Shown here: positions 14,506 to 25,514 of the stretch, one piece after another
Layout of the letters: each line of letters starts with the position of its first letter
Position numbering within the stretch: the first letter of the stretch is position 1
The notes under the pieces: generated by a model
The model's database searches: none
What the model was told of the DNA's origin: nothing
Seen by the model: only the letters and a program-made list of their open reading frames with translations
Translations under genes and position numbers: made by a program
Assembly: GCA_030390025.1 (NCBI GenBank)
Contig: CM059432.1
Coordinates: 109,246,001-109,310,000 of the forward strand
DNA length: 64,000 nucleotides
Direction: 5' to 3'
Origin: Squalus acanthias
Taxonomy: Eukaryota

Positions 14506-17500
14506 TACACGTCGAAAGTTATAGACCTCGCAGATCATACACGTTGCACGTTATACACCGCGCACATCATACACGTTACACGTTATAGACCTCGCACATC
14601 ATACATGTCACACGTTATAGACCGCGCACATCATACATGTCACACATTACAGACCTCGCACATCATACATGTCGCACATTATAGACCGCGCACATCATAC
14701 ACATCGCACGTTATAGACCGTGCACATCATACATGTCACACGTTATAGACCTCGCACATCATACATGTCACACATGATAGACCGCGCACATCAGACATGT
14801 TGCACGTTGTAGACCTCGCACATCATAGATGTCGAATGTTATAGACCACGCACATCATACATGTCACACGTTATAGACCTCGCACATCATACACGTCACA
14901 CGTTATAGACCTCGCACATCATACATGTCACACGTTATAGACCTCGCACATCATACATGTCAAACGTTATAGACCTCACACATCATACATGTCACACGTT
15001 ATAGACCGCGCACGGCATACATGTCATACGTTATAGACCTCGCACATCATACACATCACACGTTATAGACCTCACACATCATACACATCACACGTTATAG
15101 ACCTTGCACATCATAAATGTCACACGTTATAGACCTCGCACATCATACACGTCACATGTTATACACCTTGCACATCATACGTGTCGCACGTTATACACCT
15201 CGCACATCATACGTGTCGCACGTTATAGACCTCGCACATCATACACGTCACACATTATAGACCTCGCACATCATACACGTCACACGTTATAGACCTCGCA
15301 CATCATACACGTCACATGTTATAGACCACACACATCATACAGGTCGCACATTATAGACCTCGCACATCATACATGTCGCACATTATAGACCTCGCACATC
15401 ATACACGTCACACGTTATAGACCACGCACATCATACATGTCGAACATTATACACCTCGCACATCATACATGTCGCACATTATAGACCTCGCACATCATAC
15501 ACGTCGCATGTTATAGACCGCGCACATCATACACGTCACACATTATAGACCGCGCACATCAGACATGTCGCACTTTGTAGACCTCGCACATCATAGATGT
15601 CGAATGTTATAGACCACGCACATCATACATGTCACACGTTATAGACCTCGCACATCATACACGTCACATGTTATAGACCTCGCACATCATACATGTCACA
15701 CGTTATAGACCTCGCACATCATACATGTCACACGTTATAGACCTCGCACATCATACACGTCACACGTTATAGACTGCACACATCATACACGTCACACGTT
15801 ATAGACCGCGCACATCATGCACGTCACACGTTATAGACCACGCACATCATACATGTCACATGTTATAGACCTCGCACATCATACACGTCACACGTTATAG
15901 ACCGCGCACATCATACACGTCGCACGTTATAGACCACGCACATCATACATGTCACACGTAAAAGACCTCGCACATCATACATGTCACACGTTATAGACCT
16001 CGCACATCATACATGTCGAACGTTATACACCTCGCACATCATACATGTCGAATGTTATACACCTCGCACATCATACATATCACACGTTATCGACCTCGCA
16101 CATCATACATGTCGAACGTTATACACCTCGCACATCATACACCTCACACGTTATAGACCTCGCACATCATACACGTCACACATTATAGACTGCGCACATC
16201 ATACTCGTTGCACGTTATACACATCACACATCATACATGTCACACGTTATAGACCTCGCACATCATACATGTCGAACGTTATACACCTCGCACATCATAC
16301 ACGTCGCACGTTATAGACAACGCACATCATACATGTCGCACGTTATAGACCTCGGACATCATATATGTCGAACGTTATACACCTCGCACATCATACATGT
16401 CACACGTTATAGACCTCGCACATCATACATGTCAGACGTTAAAGACCTCGCACATCATACATGTCACACGTTATAGACCTCGCACATCATACATGTCACA
16501 CGTTAAAGACCTCGCACATCATACATGTCACACATTATAGACCGCGCACATCATACATTTCACACGTTATAGTCCTCGCACATCATACATGTCAAACGTT
16601 ATAGACCTCGCACATCATACACGTCACACGTTATAGACCGCGCATGGCATACATGTCATACGTTATAGACCTCACACATCATACACATCACACGTTATAG
16701 ACCTCGCACATCATACACATCACACGTTATAGACCTTGCACATCATACATGTCACACGTTATAGACCTCGCACATCATACACGTCACATGTTATACACCT
16801 TGCACATCATAAACGTCGCACGTTATACACCTCGCACATCATACGTGTCGCACGTTATAGACCTCGCACATCATACACGTCACATGTTATAGACCACACA
16901 CATCATACATGTCACACGTTATAGACCTCACACATCATACACGTCACACATTATAGACCTCGCACATCATACACGTCACACCTTATAGACCTCGCACATC
17001 ATACACGTCACATGTTATAGACCACACACATCATACACGTCACATGTTATAGACCTCGCACATCATAAGCGTCGCATGTTATAGACCTCGCACATCATAC
17101 ACGTCACACGTTATAGACCTCGCACATCATACACGTCGCACGTTATAGAGCGTGCACATCATTCATGTCACATGTTATACACCTCGCACATCATACATGT
17201 CACACGTTATACACCTCGCACATCATAAATGTTGCATGTTATAGACCTCGCCTATCATACATATCACACATTATAGACCTCACACATCATACATGTCACA
17301 CGTTATAGACCACGCACATCATACATGTCGAACGTTATAGACCGCACACATCATACACGTCACACGTTATAGACCGTGCACATCATACATGTCACACCTT
17401 ATAGACCACGCACATCATACATGTCGAACGTTATAGACCTCGCACGTCATACATGTCGCACGTTATAGACCACGCACATCATACACGTCGCACGTTATAG

Positions 17501-20189
17501 ACCTCGCACATCATACATGTCACACATTATACACCTCGCACATCATACACGTCACACGTTATAGACCTCGCACATCATACACGTCACACATTATAGACCT
17601 CGCACATCATACACGTCACACGTTATAGACCGCGCACATCATACATGTCACACGTTATAGACCTCGCACATCATACACGTCACACGTTATAGACCGCGCA
17701 CATCATACACGTCGCATGTTATAGACCGCGCACTTAATACACATCGCACGTTATAGACCACGCACATCATACACATCACACGTTATAGACCACGCACATC
17801 ATACACGTCGCACGTTACAGACCACGCACATCATACACGTTGCACGTTATACACCACGCACATCATACACGTCACACGTTGTAGACCTCGCACATCATAC
17901 ATGTCACACATTATAGAGCTCGCACATCATACACGTCACACGTTATAGACCTCGCACATCATGCATGTCGCACGTTATAGACCTCGCACATCATACACGT
18001 CACACGTTATGGACAGTGCACGTTATACACCTCGCACATCATACACGTCGCACGTTATAGACCACGCACATCATACATGTCACACGTTATAGACCTCGCA
18101 CATCATACACATCACACGTTATAGACCTCGCACATCATACATGTCACACGTTATAGACCTCGCACATCATACACGTCACACATTATAGACCTCGCACATC
18201 ATACATGTCACACATTATAGAGCTCGCACATCATACACGTCACACGTTATAGACCTCGCACATCATGCATGTCACATGTTATACACCTCGCACATCATAC
18301 ACGTCGCACGTTATAGACGTCGCACATCATACATGTCACACGTTATAGACCGTGCACATCATACACGTCGCACGTTTAGACCACGCACATCATAGACGTT
18401 GCACGTTATAGACCGCGCACATCATACACGTCACACATTACAGACCTCGCACATCATACATGTCACACGTTATAGAGCTCGCACATCATACACGTCACAC
18501 GTTATAGACCTCGCACATCATACATGTCACATGTTATACACCTTCCACATCATAATCGTCGCACGTTATAGACCTCATACATCATACACGTCACATGTTA
18601 TAGACCACGCACATCATACATGTCACACGTTATAGACCTCGCACATCATACACATCACATGTTATAGACCTCGCACATCATACATGTCACACGTTATCGA
18701 CCTCGCACATCATACACGTCACACATTATAGACCTCGCACATCATACACGTCACACGTTATAGACCTCGCACATCATACACGTCACATGTTATAGACCAC
18801 ACACATCATACAGGTCGCACATTATAGACCTCGCACATCATACATGTCGCACGTTATAGACCTCGCACATCATACACGTCACACGTTATAGACCACGCAC
18901 ATCATACATGTCGAACATTATACACCTCGCACATCATACATGTCGCACATTATAGACCTCGCACATCATACACGTCGCATGTTATAGACCGCGCACATCA
19001 TACACGTCACACATTATAGACCGCGCACATCAGACATGTCGCACGTTGTAGACCTCGCACATCATAGATGTCGAATGTTATAGACCACGCACATCATACA
19101 TGTCACACGTTATAGACCTCGCACATCATACATGTCACACGTTATAGACCTCGCACATCATACACGTCACACGTTATAGACTGCACACATCATACACGTC
19201 ACACGTTATAGACCGCGCACATCATGCACGTCACACGTTATAGACCACGCACATCATACATGTCACATGTTATAGACCTCGCACATCATACACGTCACAC
19301 GTTATAGACCGCGCACATCATACACGTCGCACGTTATAGACCACGCACATCATACATGTCACACGTAAAAGACCTCGCACATCATACATGTCACACGTTA
19401 TAGACCTCGCACATCATACATGTCGAACGTTATACACCTCGCACATCATACATGTCGAATGTTATACACCTCGCACATCATACATATCACACGTTATCGA
19501 CCTCGCACATCATACATGTCGAACGTTATACACCTCGCACATCATACGCATCACACGTTATAGACCTCGCACATCATACACGTCACACGTTATAGACTGC
19601 GCACATCATACACGTTGCACATTATACACATCACACATCATACATGTCACACGTTATAGACCTCGCACATCATACATGTCGAACGTTATACACCTCGCAC
19701 ATCATACACGTCGCACGTTATAGACAACGCACATCATACATGTCGCACGTTATAGACCTCGGACATCATACATGTCGAACGTTATACACCTCGCACATCA
19801 TACATGTCACACGTTATAGACCTCGCACATCATACATGTCAGACGTTAAAGACCTCGCACATCATACATGTCACACGTTATAGACCTCGCACATCATACA
19901 TGTCACATGTTAAAGACCTCGCACATCATACATGTCACACATTATAGACCGCGCACATCATACATTTCACACGTTATAGTCCTCGCACATCATACATGTC
20001 AAACGTTATAGACCTCGCACATCATACACGTCACACGTTATAGACCGCGCACGGCATACATGTCATACGTTATAGACCTCGCACATCATACACATCACAC
20101 GTTATAGACCTCGCACATCATACACATCACACGTTATAGACCTTGCACATCATACATGTCACACGTTATAGACCTCGCACATCATACAC
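14506..20189. repeat. Tandem satellite array B, 32-bp monomer GTTATAGACCTCGCACATCATACA(C/T)GTC(A/G)CAC, segment upstream of the SINE
   Basis: Directly visible 32-bp periodicity starting with GTTATAGACCTCGCAG at 14,518. Confidence 0.98.
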
Positions 20190-20211
20190 ATAGAAACATA
20201 GAAACATAGAA
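20188..20211 (-). repeat. 3'-terminal 8-bp tandem repeat (TTCTATGT)3 of the SINE, CR1-type tail
   Basis: Plus strand ACATAGAA x3 at 20,188, 20,196 and 20,204. CR1-clade elements are known to end in short tandem repeats rather than poly(A). Confidence 0.88.
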
Positions 20212-20323
20212 TCTAGGAGCAGGAGTAGGCCATTCGGCCCGTCGAGCCTGCTCCGCCATTCAATACGATCATGGCTGATCATCCAAATCCAGTACCCTGT
20301 CCCTGCTTTAATCCCCACAGTAC

Positions 20324-20417
20324 ACATATCCCACCCTACCCCCATAGCCCCACGTATTTAATTCCCCCTAACATATCCCATCCTATCCCCATAACCCCAC
20401 ATATTTAATCCCCCCTA
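20324..20417. repeat. 47-bp tandem duplication inside the SINE
   Basis: 20,324-20,370 vs 20,371-20,417 align without gaps at 42/47 positions. Confidence 0.9.
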
Positions 20418-20559
20418 ACACTAAGGGTCAATTTATCATAGCCAAATCAACCTAACCCACACATTTTTGGACTGTGGGAGGAAACCGGAGCACCCGGAGG
20501 AAACCCACGCAGACACGGGGAGAATGTGCAAACTCCACACAGACAGTCACCCGAGGTCA

Positions 20560-20569
20560 GATTCGAACC
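20560..20569 (-). promoter_or_regulatory. RNA polymerase III internal promoter B box of the SINE
   Basis: Minus strand GGTTCGAATC fits GGTTCGANNC, 33 nt downstream of the A box, a tRNA-like spacing. Confidence 0.88.
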
Positions 20570-20602
20570 CGGGTCTCTGGCGCTGTGAGGCACCAGTGCT
20601 AA

Positions 20603-20613
20603 CCACTATGCCA
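20603..20613 (-). promoter_or_regulatory. RNA polymerase III internal promoter A box of the SINE
   Basis: Minus strand TGGCATAGTGG fits TRGCNNARYGG, 11 nt inside the element's 5' end. Confidence 0.85.
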
Positions 20614-20624
20614 CCGTGTTGCCC

Positions 20625-23600
20625 GTCACATGTTATACGTTACACGTCACATGTTATACACCTTGCACATCATAAACGTCGCACGTTATACACCTCGCAC
20701 ATCATACGTGTCGCACGTTATAGACCTCGCACATCATACACGTCACATGTTATAGACCACACACATCATACATGTCACACATTATAGACCTCGCACATCA
20801 TACACGTCACACCTTATAGACCTCGCACATCATACACGTCACATGTTATAGACCACACACATCATACACGTCACATGTTATAGACCTCGCACATCATAAG
20901 CGTCGCATGTTATAGACCTCGCACATCATACACGTCACACGTTATAGACCTCGCACATCATACACGTCGCACGTTATAGAGCGTGCACATCATTCATGTC
21001 ACATGTTATACACCTCGCACATCATACATGTCACACATTATACACCTCGCACATCATAAACGTTGCATGTTATAGACCTCGCCTATCATACATATCACAC
21101 GTTATAGACCTCACACATCATACATGTCACACGTTATGGACCTCGCACATCATACATGTCACACATTATGGACCTCGCACATCATACACGTCATACGTTA
21201 TAGACCTCGCACATCATACATGTCGAACATTATAGACCACGCACCTCATACACGTCGCATGTTATAGACCTCGCACATCATACATGTCACACGTTATAGA
21301 CCTCGCACATCATACATGTCACACATTATGGACCTCGCACATCATACACGTCATACGTTATAGACCTCGCACATCATACATGTCGAACATTATAGACCAC
21401 GCACCTCATACACGTCGCATGTTATAGACCTCGCACATCATACACGTCACACGTTACAGACCTCGCACATCATACATGTCGAACGTTATAGACCACGCAC
21501 ATCATACATGTCGCACGTTATAGACCGCGCATATCATACACGTCACACTTTATAGACCGCGCACATCATACATGTCGAACGTTATAGACCACGCACATCA
21601 TACACGTCGCACGTTATAGACCTCGCACATCATACATGTCACACGTAATAGACCTCGCACATCATACATGTCACACGTTATACACCTCGCGCATCATAAA
21701 CGTTGCATGTTAAACACCTCGCATATCATACATATCACACGTTATAGACCTCACACATTATACATGTCACACGTTATAGACCACACACATCATACATGTC
21801 GAACGTTATAGACCGCGCACATCATACACGTCACACGTTATAGACCGTGCACATCATACATGTCACACCTTATAGACCACACACATCATACATGTCGAAC
21901 GTTATGGACCTCGCACATCATGCATGTCGCACGTTATAGACCACGCACATCATACACGTCGCACGTTATAGACCTCGCACATCATACATGTCACACGTTA
22001 TACACCTCGCACATCATACACGTCACACGTTATAGACCATGCACATCATACATGTCACACCTTATAGACCACGCACATCATACATGTCGAACGTTATAGA
22101 CCTCGCACATCATGCATGTCGCACGTTATAGACCACGCACATCATACACGTCGCACGTTATAGACCTCGCACATCATACATGTCACACGTTATACACCTC
22201 GCACATCATACACGTCACACGTTATAGACCTCGCACATCATACACGTCACACATTATAGACCTCGCACATCATACACGTCACACGTTATAGACCACGCAC
22301 ATCATACAAGTCACACGTTATAGACCACGCACATCATACATGTCACACGTTATACACCTCACACATCATACACGTCACACGTTATACACCTCGCACATCA
22401 TACACGTCACACGTTATAGACCTCGCACATCATACATGTCACACGTTATAGACCACGCACATCATACACGTCACACGTTATAGACCGTGCACATCATACA
22501 CGTCGCATGTTATAGACCGCGCACTTAATACACATCGCACGTTATAGACCACGCACATCATACACGTCACACGTTATAGACCACGCACATCATACACGTC
22601 GCACGTTACAGACCACGCACATCATACACGTCACACGTTATAGACCACGCACATCATACAAGTCACACGTTATAGACCACGCACATCATACATGTCACAC
22701 GTTATACACCTCACACATCATACACGTCACACGTTATACACCTCGCACATCATACACGTCACACGTTATAGACCTCGCACATCATACATGTCACACATTA
22801 TAGACCACGCACATCATACACGTCACACGTTATAGACCGTGCACATCATACACGTCGCATGTTATAGACCGCGCACTTAATACACATCGCACGTTATAGA
22901 CCTCGCACATCATACATGTCACACGTTATAGACCGCGCACATCATACACGTCGCACGTTTAGACCACGCACATCATAGACGATGCACGTTATAGACCGCG
23001 CACATCATACACGTCACACGTTATAGACCTCGCACATCATACATGTCACATGTTATACACCTCGCACATCATACACGTCGCACGTTATAGACCTCGCACA
23101 TCATACATGTCACGTGTTATACACCTCGGACATCATACACGTCGCACGTTATAGACCTCATACATCATACACGTCACACGTTATAGACCACGCACATCAT
23201 ACATGTCACACGTTATAGACCTCGCACATCATACACGTCACACGTTATAGACCTCGCACATCATACATGTCACACGTTATAGACTGCGCACATCATACAC
23301 GAGGCATGTAATACACTGCGCACATCATACATGTCGCACGTTATAGACCTCGCACGTCATACATGTCACACGTTATAGACCTCACACATCATAAATGTCG
23401 CACATTATAGACCTCGCACATCATTAATGTCGCACGTTATAGACCTCGCACATCATACACATCACACATTATAGACCACGCACATCATACATGTTGAACA
23501 TTATACACCTCGCACAGCATACATGTCGCACATTATAGACCTCGCACAGCATACACGTCGCACGTTATTGACCGCGCATGTCATACACGTCACACATTAT

Positions 23601-25314
23601 ATTCCGCGCACATCATACATGTTGCACGTTATAGACCTCGCACATCATACATGTCGAACGTTATAGACCACGCACATCATACATGTCACACGTTATTGAC
23701 CTCGCACATCATACACGTCGCACGTTATAGACCTCGCACGTCATACATGTCACACGTTATAGACCTCGCACATCATACACGTCACACGTTATAGACCTCG
23801 CACATCATACACGTCGCACGTTATAGACCTCACACATCATACATGTAGCATGTTATAGACCACGCACATCATACATGTCACACGTTATAGACCTCGCACA
23901 TCATACATGTCACACGTTATGGACCTCGCACATCATACATGCCACACGTTATAGACCTGGCACATCATACATGTCGAACACTTTAGACCACGCACATCAT
24001 ACACGTCGCATGTTATAGACCTCGCACATCATACACGTCACACGTTACAGACCTCGCACATCATACATGTTGAACGTTATAGACCACGCACATCATACAT
24101 GTCGCACGTTATAGACCGCGCACATCATACACGTCGCACTTTATAGACCGCGCACATCATACATGTCGAACGTTATAGACCACGCACATCATACACGTCG
24201 CACGTTATAGACCTCGATCATCATACACGTCACACATTATAGACCTCGCACATCATACATGTCGAACGTTATAGACCTCGCACATCACACATGTCACACG
24301 TTATAGACCTCGCACATCATACACGTCGCACGTTATAGAGCGTGCACATCATTCATGTCACATGTTATACACCTCGCACATCATACATGTCACACGTTAT
24401 ACACCTCGCACATCATAAACATTGCATGTTATAGACCTCGCATATCATACATATCACACGTTATAGACCTCACACATCATACATGTCACACATTATAGAC
24501 CACGCACATCATACATGTCGAACGTTATAGACCGCGCACATCATACACGTCACACGTTATAGACCGTGCACATCATACATGTCACACCTTATAGACCACG
24601 CACATCATACATGTCGAACGTTACAGACCTCGCACATCATACATGTTGCACGTTATAGACCGCGCACTCATACACGTCGCACGTTATAGACCTCGCACAT
24701 CATACATGTCACGCGTTATACACCTCGCACATCATACACGTCACACGTTATAGACCTCGCACATCATACACGTCACACATTATAGACCTCGCACATCATA
24801 CACGTCACACGTTATAGACCACGCACATCATACACGTCACACGTTATACACCTCGCACATCATACACGTCACACATTATAGACCTCGCACATCATACATG
24901 TCACACGTTATAGACCGCGCACATCATACAAGTCACACGTTATAGACCGCGCACATCATACACGTCGCATGTTATAGACCGCGCACTTAATAAACATCGC
25001 ACGTTATAGACCACGCACATCATACATGTCACACGTTATAGACCTCGCACATCATACATGTCGAACGTTATACACCTCGCACATCATACACGTCGCACGT
25101 TATAGACAACGCACATCATACATGTCGCACGTTATAGACCTCGGACATCATACATGTCGAACGTTATACACCTCGCACATCATACATGTCACACGTTATA
25201 GACCTCGCACATCATACATGTCAGACGTTAAAGACCTCGCACATCATACATGTCACACGTTATAGACCTCGCACATCATACATGTCACATGTTAAAGACC
25301 TCGCACATCATACA
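20625..25314. repeat. 32-bp satellite array B, segment between the SINE and the assembly gap
   Basis: The same 32-bp periodicity and orientation resume after the SINE. Confidence 0.98.
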
Positions 25315-25514
25315 NNNNNNNNNNNNNNNNNNNNNNNNNNNNNNNNNNNNNNNNNNNNNNNNNNNNNNNNNNNNNNNNNNNNNNNNNNNNNNNNNNNNNN
25401 NNNNNNNNNNNNNNNNNNNNNNNNNNNNNNNNNNNNNNNNNNNNNNNNNNNNNNNNNNNNNNNNNNNNNNNNNNNNNNNNNNNNNNNNNNNNNNNNNNNN
25501 NNNNNNNNNNNNNN
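25315..25514. other. Assembly gap (200 N)
   Basis: A run of exactly 200 N. The round size suggests a placeholder scaffold join of unknown true length. Confidence 0.99.

Larger units (their letters stand above)
20188..20624 (-). mobile_element. Apparently full-length tRNA-derived V-SINE (HE1-like, elasmobranch type) with CR1-LINE-related 3' tail
   Basis: The minus strand begins GGGCAACACGGTGGCATAGTGGTTAGCACTGGTGCCTCACAGCGCCAGAGACCCGGGTTCGAATC (tRNA-like head with A and B boxes). It continues with GTGTGGAGTTTGCACATTCTCCCCGTGTCTGCGTGGGTTTCCTCCGGGTGCTCCGGTTTCCTCCCACAGTCC, which I recognise as the V-SINE central domain. It ends GATCAGCCATGATCGTATTGAATGGCGGAGCAGGCTCGACGGGCCGAATGGCCTACTCCTGCTCCTAGA(TTCTATGT)3, a CR1-type 3' end. 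Family name assigned from memory. Confidence 0.9.
15250..21130. repeat. Duplicated ~2-kb satellite block (~15,250-17,300 and ~18,720-21,130), second copy carrying the SINE; boundaries approximate
   Basis: Shared rare variants in the same order: CAGGTCGCAC (15,340/18,811), CGTAAAAGAC, GACAACGC, TATAGTCCTC, CATAAGCGTC, GCCTATCATA (17,250/21,081). Near-identical pseudo-ORFs lie at 15,981/19,388 and 16,237/19,644 (offset 3,407). Confidence 0.85.

Noticed and set aside
20550..20624. Possible tRNA gene on the minus strand
   Set aside because: It has A and B boxes but no convincing acceptor stem and no poly-T terminator, and it runs directly into the V-SINE body. It is the SINE head.
20467..20787. 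106-aa ORF starting DCGRKPEHPEETHADTGRMCKLHTDS
   Set aside because: It is the antisense translation of the SINE V domain and head running into satellite, with a non-ATG start.
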